From the sequence record OR192075.1: a stretch of DNA of 64,000 nt. One strand, written 5' to 3'. Below are positions 30,919 through 38,243 of this stretch, piece after piece. Within the stretch, counting starts at the first letter, position 1. Every line of letters starts with the position of its first letter. The translations under genes were made by a program, and so were the position numbers. The notes beneath the pieces are model-generated. The model had not been told where the DNA came from, ran no database searches, and saw only the letters and a program-made list of their open reading frames with translations. The DNA is from Escherichia phage MIZ6.

Positions 30919-31631
30919 AGATCCTTATTGGCTTCAAATACTGCCTTTGCGAATCCTCGCGGGGTAAGTGACCTGATAGTCTTTGTTCTGGTTCCTTTCC
31001 CGCCTAGCTTAGAATGCTGTTTACTGTACCCTTTATTAATCTGCAACGGTTTCTTTTCTGGCATTATAAAGCCTTGTCCGGTCCATAAGCAAGTCTTTTT
31101 CGGGTACATATCACGGGCGGCAATATACTCAGGAAACGTAGGATGTTTATCATCTTCCGGCAAATAACCGCCATATTCCCACGGATGGAACATGTAATCA
31201 GGCTTACGCCACATACTAGAGATAACGCTTACAGGATTCTCTATCATGTAGGGAACTCCTATCCATTCACCCAAATAAGCGGTTATTTTAGCTGCCCGTA
31301 CATCATGAACTTGAATCAATGGTCCTTGTTCTCGTTTCTTTCGTTCAAAGTGCGCAGCGCCACTAACAGCTAAATTGGTGCACGGTGGGAATGCAAATAT
31401 AATATCCGGTTTCCCCCATTCAAGGTCCATTGCTCTTTCCAGCCAGTTCAAATCAATCCAGGTGTTTACATAGGTAATGTTTGGATGTTCAAATCTGGTA
31501 TTATACTTTTTGTATGTACCGTGGTCGGCGTCATCCGCATTAAAGCAGACTACCTTATGACCTGCTTTAGCCCATTCTAGCCCCATTATCCCCGATCCGT
31601 CAAAGTTGCAGAATATTAATTTTTGTTTCAT
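30915..31631 (-). CDS. Minimal C5-cytosine methyltransferase-fold protein
   Basis: 238 aa; FDGSG (motif I-like), FPPCT (motif IV PC-like), ENP (motif VI-like) at DNMT-like spacing; too short for a full TRD. Confidence 0.45.
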   Translation of the reverse strand: MKQKLIFCNFDGSGIMGLEWAKAGHKVVCFNADDADHGTYKKYNTRFEHPNITYVNTWIDLNWLERAMDLEWGKPDIIFAFPPCTNLAVSGAAHFERKKREQGPLIQVHDVRAAKITAYLGEWIGVPYMIENPVSVISSMWRKPDYMFHPWEYGGYLPEDDKHPTFPEYIAARDMYPKKTCLWTGQGFIMPEKKPLQINKGYSKQHSKLGGKGTRTKTIRSLTPRGFAKAVFEANKDL

Positions 31632-31873
31632 ATACGACCCTTTAACCCAGCACAGATTTTAGTCGGTTCTTTACCGTGCCACATTAAGTAAAGTCCGTTA
31701 ATGCGACCTTGTTTTGTGTGTGATTCTTTTCTGATCTTCTTATAGTGTCGTGCTTCCTCAACTGATTGTTTAGAATACCAATCATAAAGGAAGAGGCACA
31801 AAGGCCAACCATTAGCGGCCTTAATGCAGTTATTAAGAAATTCCTTATTGCGTTTAATTAATTTTCTTTTCAC
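31628..31873 (-). CDS. Hypothetical basic protein (81 aa)
   Basis: GTG start overlapping upstream stop (GTGA); GGGGG SD-like upstream. Confidence 0.4.
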   Translation of the reverse strand: MKRKLIKRNKEFLNNCIKAANGWPLCLFLYDWYSKQSVEEARHYKKIRKESHTKQGRINGLYLMWHGKEPTKICAGLKGRI

Positions 31874-32121
31874 GCTGCCCCCATTGGTTTGATAGTAACA
31901 GAATCTAAAAGACCTTTGTTAGCCAGTTCGCGGCAAGTTTTCAGATCCGCAACTTCCCAGCCAGCCGCAATCAGGTTATCAATGAGGCTGTTAGCAACTT
32001 CTTCGCTCATGAAAGAGCACTGTTTGCCTATGGTGTAGCGTACACGCTGTAATTTCAGTTTACGGAAGCCTTTAACGTTCAGGTCTTTAGCGATTTTCTT
32101 TGCGGTTTCGATGTTAGCCAT
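31870..32121 (-). CDS. Hypothetical protein (83 aa), first gene of operon
   Basis: ATG preceded by GGAGAATCAAAC leader. Confidence 0.5.
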   Translation of the reverse strand: MANIETAKKIAKDLNVKGFRKLKLQRVRYTIGKQCSFMSEEVANSLIDNLIAAGWEVADLKTCRELANKGLLDSVTIKPMGAA

Positions 32122-32161
32122 TGTTTGATTCTCCTAAGTGGTATCTCGTCTTGATGGTTGT

Positions 32162-32191
32162 ATTGTAGGGGATCTCCCGATCCCCTGTCAA
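32162..32191 (-). promoter_or_regulatory. Early promoter cassette (TTGACA-18-TACAAT), palindromic GATC spacer
   Basis: Spacer GGGGATC-GGGA-GATCCCC; heads the five-gene operon 30066..32121. Confidence 0.55.
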
Positions 32192-32205
32192 CACTTTTTA
32201 TAAAA

Positions 32206-32373
32206 TTATTTGTTAATTTCTGGTGCGTTGCTCGGATAGTAACCTTCTTTAACACCAAGATATTTTGCAACCATTCCTACAATCTTCTGTGCTACTACAA
32301 TGTCAAATTTCAGATAATCTTCGCCGTGGGTTTCAATGATATATGCTTCACATGCTGCTTTAGTCTCGAACAT
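32206..32373 (-). CDS. Hypothetical small protein (55 aa), paralog of 36524..36691
   Basis: 3' 72 nt identical to 36524..36595; SD GGAGAATCAAA before ATG. Confidence 0.5.
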   Translation of the reverse strand: MFETKAACEAYIIETHGEDYLKFDIVVAQKIVGMVAKYLGVKEGYYPSNAPEINK

Positions 32374-32407
32374 TTTGATTCTCCTATTTCGTTTCGTTAT
32401 GTGTGTA

Positions 32408-32436
32408 TTATAGGGGATCTCCCGATCCCCGTCAAC
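32408..32436 (-). promoter_or_regulatory. Early promoter cassette (TTGACG-17-TATAAT), palindromic GATC spacer
   Basis: Spacer GGGATCGGGAGATCCCC. Confidence 0.55.
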
Positions 32437-32448
32437 AACTTTTTAAAA

Positions 32449-32922
32449 TTATTTGCACCAAATTCGAATGATTTCGTCTCGTTCAAATTTTTGCCAGATT
32501 ACTCGGTCGCCCGCTGCCATAATACTGACAAATCCAGTTATATTTCCGGTGTACTTGCTTTTAGTTTCTGCATCATATTCAAAGAATGGAGCTTTAAGAT
32601 CGCTAAACTCATCTTTTCCCACAAACTTCATAACATGACGGTGTGCGTAATATTCGCTTCTTAGTGTTGTTGTGATAGTTCCGTCATCATTTGATTTCAG
32701 ATGCAATTCGGCATCTTCATAAAGACTTGCATCTCGTTGTTTACTTTCGATACCATCATTATATGTTGATTTGGTTGCACTCCAACATTGATATGTCTTA
32801 TCTACATTTTCGATCTTTTCCTGTGTCATGTCAAAAAGCGGCGCAACCTTTTTCTTAGCCGCGTGCGCAACGTTGGTCATAGACAGTGCCGCAACAACCG
32901 CAATAGCAATAATTTTCTTCAT
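32449..32922 (-). CDS. Predicted secreted/periplasmic protein
   Basis: 157 aa; N-terminal signal peptide MKKIIAIAVVAALSMTNVAHA followed by AKKK. Confidence 0.55.
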   Translation of the reverse strand: MKKIIAIAVVAALSMTNVAHAAKKKVAPLFDMTQEKIENVDKTYQCWSATKSTYNDGIESKQRDASLYEDAELHLKSNDDGTITTTLRSEYYAHRHVMKFVGKDEFSDLKAPFFEYDAETKSKYTGNITGFVSIMAAGDRVIWQKFERDEIIRIWCK

Positions 32923-32983
32923 AATATCATCTCCTTTGGTTTATATGGCGGGAGTATCTTAGCAATACTCCCTTAATACTATA

Positions 32984-33265
32984 TTATTCGTGATTAGTTT
33001 CGATGTTGTGCATTTTGCACCAGTTCAGCCAATCGCCCAGATCTTGATAGTTGATGCTTTTATCTGCTGCCATCGTTTTTGTCTTGATACCCATATGTGC
33101 GTTATGAGTAAGCATTTTTACAGTGAACTCAATTTTATCGCCTTTAGCTTTAACATCAACCAGTTTGGTCCACTGGCTACCAGCGCCGCGAATGTTCATG
33201 CCAACGATGTTTCCGATGTATGCTTCTTTGTTTTTCAGGATTTCGGTTGCTTTGATGAATTTCAT
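32984..33265 (-). CDS. Hypothetical early protein (93 aa)
   Basis: Conserved leader and promoter cassette upstream. Confidence 0.5.
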   Translation of the reverse strand: MKFIKATEILKNKEAYIGNIVGMNIRGAGSQWTKLVDVKAKGDKIEFTVKMLTHNAHMGIKTKTMAADKSINYQDLGDWLNWCKMHNIETNHE

Positions 33266-33298
33266 TTTTGATTCTCCAGTTCGTTTCGGTATGGGTGT

Positions 33299-33327
33299 AT
33301 TATGCTATGTTCTTACTTTGGTGTCAA
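33299..33327 (-). promoter_or_regulatory. Early promoter cassette (TTGACA-17-CATAAT)
   Basis: Minus-strand hexamers; A-tract upstream of -35. Confidence 0.55.
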
Positions 33328-33335
33328 CAACTTTT

Positions 33336-33605
33336 TTAGATATTTTCAGAAATAAATTTTAAAACTTGACGTAAATGTTTCTCATCTTTGATAGTCGCCG
33401 GAAGTTCTTCTTTTACTTCCTGTGCAAGATAGATATTTCCGTTCCAAGTGAAAGATCCGTCTTCGTTTACGCGATAGCTGAACATCCACTCGCAATCATT
33501 TTCGATTTCATATACACACAGAAGGGTGTAATCGTTAAAGCTATTGATTTCAAGGTCGAAGCCGTGACGTTTTGCAAAGTTGGTAGTGGTTTTAGTCAGT
33601 GCCAT
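33336..33605 (-). CDS. Hypothetical early protein (89 aa)
   Basis: Conserved leader GGAGAATCAAACA before ATG. Confidence 0.5.
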   Translation of the reverse strand: MALTKTTTNFAKRHGFDLEINSFNDYTLLCVYEIENDCEWMFSYRVNEDGSFTWNGNIYLAQEVKEELPATIKDEKHLRQVLKFISENI

Positions 33606-33645
33606 TGTTTGATTCTCCTAAGTGGTATCTCGTTTCGATGGGTGT

Positions 33646-33674
33646 ATTATGCTATACACAGGATCTGGTGTCAA
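33646..33674 (-). promoter_or_regulatory. Early promoter cassette (TTGACA-17-CATAAT)
   Basis: Minus-strand hexamers; partial inverted repeat over -10. Confidence 0.55.
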
Positions 33675-33696
33675 CAACTTTTTTAAAAAATAGGCA

Positions 33697-33722
33697 ATAA
33701 AAAAGCCGACACTATGGTCGGC
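33697..33722 (-). terminator. Rho-independent terminator
   Basis: GCCGAC-ACTATG-GTCGGC with A-run on plus strand. Confidence 0.65.
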
Positions 33723-33727
33723 ACATT

Positions 33728-33982
33728 TTAAAAATTCTTGCTATATATGCAAGCCTCATAATCTAGAGGATGACCGCCAATCCTACCAGGCTTAATATTC
33801 CAACCGCATCGATATTTGCTGACCATGCTAACCGTTTCGGTTCTTAGAGCATTTCTTTGCAAATCATACCCCCTAAATTCTTGTCTATAAGGACAGTCCG
33901 CTTTGCAAGTTGGCGGTTCTACGTCATTTAGCGGGTCAGAAGCAGTTGGCTTTATTATCAATTCTTTGTTTGCAATAATCAT
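33728..33982 (-). CDS. Hypothetical protein (start uncertain)
   Basis: Track ORF 33728..34045 overlaps upstream gene; internal ATG at 33982 chosen; Cys-containing. Confidence 0.3.
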   Translation of the reverse strand: MIIANKELIIKPTASDPLNDVEPPTCKADCPYRQEFRGYDLQRNALRTETVSMVSKYRCGWNIKPGRIGGHPLDYEACIYSKNF

Positions 33983-34115
33983 AAGCACATCCCATTGAAG
34001 GCAATTTAACATCTTCGCAATAAGTGTTGAATCCGTCAAATACAATCACTTCGTATTTGACTCCATCGGCGATAGCTTTTACTTTATACCATCCATGCTT
34101 GTATAAAATCTTCAT
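33936..34115 (-). CDS. Hypothetical small protein (59 aa)
   Basis: ATG at 34115 preceded by GAGGGAAATAAAG; track ORF extends with TTG start. Confidence 0.45.
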   Translation of the reverse strand: MKILYKHGWYKVKAIADGVKYEVIVFDGFNTYCEDVKLPSMGCAYDYCKQRIDNKANCF

Positions 34116-34148
34116 CTTTATTTCCCTCAATCTCGTTTCGATTGGTGT

Positions 34149-34177
34149 ATTATGCTATAGGCGTGAACTGGTGTCAA
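34149..34177 (-). promoter_or_regulatory. Early promoter cassette (TTGACA-17-CATAAT)
   Basis: Minus-strand hexamers. Confidence 0.55.
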
Positions 34178-34202
34178 TGCCTTTTTTTAAAATTTTATGC
34201 AA

Positions 34203-34227
34203 TAAAAAAGCCGACACTAAGGTCGGC
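34203..34227 (-). terminator. Rho-independent terminator
   Basis: GCCGAC-ACTAAG-GTCGGC with A-run on plus strand. Confidence 0.65.
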
Positions 34228-34235
34228 TAATAAAA

Positions 34236-34544
34236 TCATTTAGACAAATAATCATTCTGTGCAATCCGGTCGGCGTATGCTGGTGTTATGTCAATCGCCA
34301 GCACTTTAACGCGTGCTTTCTTGCGACCTGGGTTTTCTCGTAACCAGTGCTCATGACCGTGAACATTTTTATACTTTGATGCTGTTTCGAAAGTACGGAT
34401 CGGACCTGGGTAATCAGCGTAAAGGATCTCTAGATCTTCGGTGATGTAAAAATATACATCGTAATTGCTGTTCTCTAGCTTAAGCAGAGACTTTCGGAAC
34501 ATTGGGAGATTTTCGCGGGTAAATTCAAAGATATTATCTTTCAT
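34236..34544 (-). CDS. HxHW-motif small protein family, member 1
   Basis: 102 aa; YDVYFYITEDLEI ... HGHEHWL ... VKVLAIDI. Confidence 0.5.
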   Translation of the reverse strand: MKDNIFEFTRENLPMFRKSLLKLENSNYDVYFYITEDLEILYADYPGPIRTFETASKYKNVHGHEHWLRENPGRKKARVKVLAIDITPAYADRIAQNDYLSK

Positions 34545-34567
34545 AGTATTATCCTCAATAGTTGGAT

Positions 34568-34588
34568 GAAAAGGGGCGTTAACGCCCC
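34568..34588 (-). terminator. Terminator-like hairpin
   Basis: GGGGCG-TTAA-CGCCCC with flanking A/T runs. Confidence 0.5.
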
Positions 34589-34594
34589 CATATA

Positions 34595-34882
34595 TTAAAA
34601 CAGTCCTTCCTGTACACCGTAGTAGAGTTCGTCGCTGATAATTTCATTAATGCGACGGTGTGCATATTCCTGATTTGCGAAGTTGTCAGCAAGTTCTACT
34701 TTAGTTTCGCCGTCATGAGTCCATTTAGTGATAACTTTACCATCTGCAAATTTGAAGTTGAACTCTTTAGCTACTGCATCGCGTACCAGACGTGCAAACT
34801 TATTGTTGCGGATTGCATTGTCGGTTTCGTGTGCAGCGTGAGCAAATTTGTTAACTTTCAGAGTGATAGTGATGTATGCCAT
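34595..34882 (-). CDS. Hypothetical early protein (95 aa)
   Basis: Leader GGAGAATCAAATT before ATG. Confidence 0.5.
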   Translation of the reverse strand: MAYITITLKVNKFAHAAHETDNAIRNNKFARLVRDAVAKEFNFKFADGKVITKWTHDGETKVELADNFANQEYAHRRINEIISDELYYGVQEGLF

Positions 34883-34928
34883 AATTTGATTCTCCTAGTT
34901 AGAAAGTGTATCTCGTTTCGATGGGTGT

Positions 34929-34957
34929 ATTATGCTATACACCCGATCCGTTGTCAA
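34929..34957 (-). promoter_or_regulatory. Early promoter cassette (TTGACA-17-CATAAT) with inverted repeat GGGTGTAT/ATACACCC
   Basis: Perfect 8-bp inverted repeat 34923..34944 overlapping -10. Confidence 0.55.
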
Positions 34958-34963
34958 CACTTT

Positions 34964-35242
34964 TTATAAAATAATTTTTTGATATTTTTCTATGATGTTT
35001 GTGTAGGTCACATCAACCGCTAGCACCGTTGCTTCGAATCCACCGTTTAGCCAATGGCTATGGTCATGATCGTGAAAGAAACCAAGACCAGTACGAAGAC
35101 CTTCTTTATATTCGGCGCGTACATTTAGATCATCATCGATAAACAGATAAAACCATGAATTTTTACTAGGATTGATGATACAACCTTTCAGATTAGGGAG
35201 AATATCACGACTAAGAATAAACTTATCACCTACTTTTAGCAT
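34964..35242 (-). CDS. HxHW-motif family, member 2
   Basis: From ATG 35242 (SD GTGAGGAAA); FYLFIDDDLNV ... HDHDHSHWL ... VLAVDV. Confidence 0.5.
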   Translation of the reverse strand: MLKVGDKFILSRDILPNLKGCIINPSKNSWFYLFIDDDLNVRAEYKEGLRTGLGFFHDHDHSHWLNGGFEATVLAVDVTYTNIIEKYQKIIL

Positions 35243-35256
35243 AATATTTTCCTCAC

Positions 35257-35565
35257 TTATAAAGTTTGACCGTTGTTTTTCGCGTAATGCTGAATGCGTG
35301 CTTGATCTGCTTCCGCTGGTGATAGATTCCATGCGATCACTACAACTTCTGACGCATCATGATCATTATCACTTACCCAATGATTATGATTCATACAATT
35401 GTTTGCTATCGCGTGAGAAAATGATCTCATTACCGGAGACGTATAATCATAGTAACGGATTTTCAGATTTTCATCAACGTACAAGTAGATCGTATACGGC
35501 TTATATTCAGTAACCAGTAACAGACAGTTACGCAATTCTGGGAAAATCTTTTTAGTTAATTTCAT
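35257..35565 (-). CDS. HxHW-motif family, member 3
   Basis: From ATG 35565 (SD CGAGGATTA); IYLYVDENLKI ... NHNHW ... VVVIAW. Confidence 0.45.
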   Translation of the reverse strand: MKLTKKIFPELRNCLLLVTEYKPYTIYLYVDENLKIRYYDYTSPVMRSFSHAIANNCMNHNHWVSDNDHDASEVVVIAWNLSPAEADQARIQHYAKNNGQTL

Positions 35566-35566
35566 T

Positions 35567-35785
35567 TTATAATCCTCGGTCGCGGCTATAGTACACGGTA
35601 CGCCATACAATTTCATGTTTCGTGTCGCTCCAGCACACGATCTCATTTACTCTTAAATCTTTGTTATCAACAAAAGATGAACATTGTGACGCTTCTTTCA
35701 TCATTTTATCTGCTGTTTTCTCATCAAATACAGCACAGATTTCTTTATACACTCGATAATCTTTGAATTGACTCTGGATACCCAT
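35567..35785 (-). CDS. Hypothetical small protein, paralog of 35745..36002
   Basis: Shared FK.Y..Y ... KMM.EAS.C.SF motif with neighbour; 41-nt out-of-frame overlap. Confidence 0.4.
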   Translation of the reverse strand: MGIQSQFKDYRVYKEICAVFDEKTADKMMKEASQCSSFVDNKDLRVNEIVCWSDTKHEIVWRTVYYSRDRGL

Positions 35786-36002
35786 AATTAACACCATTCC
35801 AACCAATTGTTTTTGAGAAAACGTTTATCCACTGTTGAGTGTAGCATGTTTCTTTCCATGATACAATACGAGTAGAATAATGGTTTTTGTTTCCAGAAAA
35901 GGACGGGCATTTTGATGCATCTTCCATCATCTTTTCGGCGAACTCTGGTGCGTATACTCGCAGGATCTGTTGATATGCTTTGTATTCTTTAAATTTGCTC
36001 AT
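35745..36002 (-). CDS. Hypothetical small protein, paralog of 35567..35785
   Basis: MSKFKEYKAY ... EKMMEDASKCPSF. Confidence 0.4.
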   Translation of the reverse strand: MSKFKEYKAYQQILRVYAPEFAEKMMEDASKCPSFSGNKNHYSTRIVSWKETCYTQQWINVFSKTIGWNGVNYGYPESIQRLSSV

Positions 36003-36267
36003 AATCATTCACTACCTTATCAGCTTCTTTTGTTGTTTTTACATCAACTGCGATAACTCGTAAAGGTTCGTCATGGTTCCACCAGTGGTCATGAATATCA
36101 GCTTGTGATTTATCACCAAAGGAATCACGAATATCATTTTTACATTTATAGCTAATGTGACCTTCATAGTCAACATAAAGGTAATTATCGAAAATCGGCG
36201 TTTTTAAGATCATACCGAAAAATCTTTCTTTGTGTGTCTTATCCAGCGTTGCAGTAATTCGCATCAT
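35989..36267 (-). CDS. HxHW-motif family, member 4
   Basis: NYLYVDYEGHI ... IHDHWW ... VIAVDV; SD AGAGGAATA. Confidence 0.5.
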   Translation of the reverse strand: MMRITATLDKTHKERFFGMILKTPIFDNYLYVDYEGHISYKCKNDIRDSFGDKSQADIHDHWWNHDEPLRVIAVDVKTTKEADKVVNDYEQI

Positions 36268-36279
36268 AATATATTCCTC

Positions 36280-36459
36280 TTAGAAAGGGATGGTCATTTC
36301 TTGAGCTTGTACGTTCTCGTTAGGATTAAACTTCATCCAGCCGATATTGTCTACCAGCATATGCACATTTTTATCATATCCTACGTGGGTAGTCAATACT
36401 GTATGTGCTTTACCTTCAATGATGAGTTCCATGTACTTCTGAACTTCGATAGCTTTCAT
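36280..36459 (-). CDS. Hypothetical small protein (59 aa)
   Basis: ATG preceded by GGAGAATCAAA; promoter cassette upstream. Confidence 0.45.
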   Translation of the reverse strand: MKAIEVQKYMELIIEGKAHTVLTTHVGYDKNVHMLVDNIGWMKFNPNENVQAQEMTIPF

Positions 36460-36491
36460 TTTGATTCTCCGTTTGTTGTCTTGATGGGAGT

Positions 36492-36520
36492 ATCTTACTA
36501 CTCCCTTTAATCATTGTCAA
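36492..36520 (-). promoter_or_regulatory. Early promoter cassette (TTGACA-17-TAAGAT) with inverted repeat GGGAGTA/TACTCCC
   Basis: Minus-strand hexamers; heads the run 36459 down to 34964. Confidence 0.5.
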
Positions 36521-36523
36521 CTA

Positions 36524-36691
36524 TTATTTGTTAATTTCTGGTGCGTTGCTCGGATAGTAACCTTCTTTAACACCAAGATATTTTGCAACCATTCCGGTGA
36601 TCTTCTGTGCTACTACGATATCGAATTTCAGGTAGTCTTCACCGTGGTTTGCTACAATGTATGCTTCGCATTCTGCTTTAGTCTGGAACAT
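36524..36691 (-). CDS. Hypothetical small protein (55 aa), paralog of 32206..32373
   Basis: 3' 72 nt identical to 32206..32277. Confidence 0.5.
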   Translation of the reverse strand: MFQTKAECEAYIVANHGEDYLKFDIVVAQKITGMVAKYLGVKEGYYPSNAPEINK

Positions 36692-36723
36692 TTTTGATTC
36701 TCCTATCTCGTTGGTATGTGTGC

Positions 36724-36752
36724 ATTATAGGGGATCACCGATCCCCTGTCAA
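36724..36752 (-). promoter_or_regulatory. Early promoter cassette (TTGACA-17-TATAAT), palindromic GATC spacer
   Basis: Spacer GGGGATCACCGATCCCC. Confidence 0.6.
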
Positions 36753-36757
36753 CAACT

Positions 36758-37051
36758 TTATAATGCTTTATATGCGTATTTCATAAATTTGTCTGCCACT
36801 TCATTGGCATGTTCAGATTCTACGCCTGATTCGAGAACAATAGCTAGGTCGGTTTCGTCATTCCCGCCGTACCAATGATTTGATGTTCGATTTTTTTCAA
36901 TTGGAAATTGGTCACTTTTATCTGTGCGACAAAATACATCTAAATGCTCGTCGATGTAAAAGATCCAATCTTCATAAAGAATAACGGTATTAGCCAGATT
37001 TTTATTGCCTTCAACGAAAGGTTCGGCTACAAACAAATTAGTATGTTCCAT
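36758..37051 (-). CDS. HxHW-motif family, member 5 (divergent)
   Basis: From ATG 37051; ILYEDWIFYIDEHLDV ... SNHWYGG ... LAIVLESG. Confidence 0.4.
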   Translation of the reverse strand: MEHTNLFVAEPFVEGNKNLANTVILYEDWIFYIDEHLDVFCRTDKSDQFPIEKNRTSNHWYGGNDETDLAIVLESGVESEHANEVADKFMKYAYKAL

Positions 37052-37067
37052 AGTATTTTCCTCAAAA

Positions 37068-37259
37068 TTATACAGCTTCGTAAACTTCCCAATGTCCAAC
37101 ACCAGCACGCTTAACGAAAAGGTTTTCTTTTATGTTATTCATAAACGTCTGGATGGATTTAATGCGGTTTGAAGGTTTCCATTCTTCGTTGGTATTGCGT
37201 CGATACATCATAACATTACCAGTTCGCTTATATTCAGCAACCATTTTAAGACCACACAT
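37068..37259 (-). CDS. Hypothetical small protein (63 aa)
   Basis: SD TTGAGGATAA before ATG. Confidence 0.45.
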   Translation of the reverse strand: MCGLKMVAEYKRTGNVMMYRRNTNEEWKPSNRIKSIQTFMNNIKENLFVKRAGVGHWEVYEAV

Positions 37260-37315
37260 AATATTATCCTCAATTTGTGGGAGAGTATTACCCTCCCGAT
37301 TATTGTTATACTACA

Positions 37316-37618
37316 TTACGCAAAATGGCGTGTCAATGCTTCTTTTGCTGTTCCGCTAAGATTCTCGATCTCTCCTGGCATAACATCAACCGCAAGAACT
37401 TCTACAACATCCTCTGATCCTAACCAGTGAGTATGACCTTTGTAGAACTTGATATCCCATTTATCGCTATCGCTAGCCCACCACACATCACCGTCGATAA
37501 AGTTGATGTAAAGCACACTACGCCACATTGAATTAATTACTTTCAATACTGCGCCTTTCATCTCTTCCACGGTGTGGTCTTCCATTTTGAAGACCTCACC
37601 TACCTGAACTTTTGCCAT
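37316..37618 (-). CDS. HxHW-motif family, member 6
   Basis: LYINFIDGDVW ... GHTHWLG ... VLAVDV; SD AGAGGTGA. Confidence 0.5.
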   Translation of the reverse strand: MAKVQVGEVFKMEDHTVEEMKGAVLKVINSMWRSVLYINFIDGDVWWASDSDKWDIKFYKGHTHWLGSEDVVEVLAVDVMPGEIENLSGTAKEALTRHFA

Positions 37619-37635
37619 TTAGTCACCTCTCTTTA

Positions 37636-37815
37636 TTACATAACAATCACGCCAGCCGTTGAAAGTTGATGTTTCAACTGAGCATTTTCTGCTACCGTCA
37701 AATCAATGATTTCTTGTGACGCTGCAATCATATAGCCATTGGTGATATTGTTTTGCATCAGTTCAATGGTTTCTTCGTTGTAGCGGATTTTAGCGATGAT
37801 TTCGTTGAAGTTCAT
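37636..37815 (-). CDS. Hypothetical small protein (59 aa)
   Basis: ATG 37815 preceded by GGAGAATCAATT; track ORF extends with TTG start. Confidence 0.45.
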   Translation of the reverse strand: MNFNEIIAKIRYNEETIELMQNNITNGYMIAASQEIIDLTVAENAQLKHQLSTAGVIVM

Positions 37816-37849
37816 AATTGATTCTCCTAGTTCGTTTCGGTATGTGTGT

Positions 37850-37878
37850 AGTATAGGGGATCGGTGATCCCCTGTCAA
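37850..37878 (-). promoter_or_regulatory. Early promoter cassette (TTGACA-17-TATACT), palindromic GATC spacer
   Basis: Spacer GGGGATCACCGATCCCC on minus strand. Confidence 0.55.
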
Positions 37879-37886
37879 CAACTTTT

Positions 37887-38198
37887 TTAAAGTTTTTCCA
37901 TGATAACGGTCATAATTACATCTTCTGCGCGAGCGGTCAGATTATCAGCGTCAGCATGTGGGCGGCTGGTTGTTACAGAGATAACACCGTTGCGCACTGG
38001 TTTGATGTTGATATCAAGATGATCCGCGAAACGTTCGCCAGTTACAGAATGAATTTTGGTGTTAAATTCTTTTGCCAGTGCCTTGCGAACTTCACGAATC
38101 AGGGTAGCGTTTTTCAGTTGGTTCTCCGCGCTCATGGTCTTCTGGGTGTTCATGGTTCCGTCGAAGTCAATCATTGGCAGCGTTACGATGTATTTCAT
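37887..38198 (-). CDS. Hypothetical early protein (103 aa)
   Basis: ATG 38198 preceded by GGAGAATCAAAA. Confidence 0.5.
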   Translation of the reverse strand: MKYIVTLPMIDFDGTMNTQKTMSAENQLKNATLIREVRKALAKEFNTKIHSVTGERFADHLDINIKPVRNGVISVTTSRPHADADNLTARAEDVIMTVIMEKL

Positions 38199-38243
38199 TT
38201 TTGATTCTCCGTTTAAGAAAGTGTGTTTCGTTTTGATGTGTGT

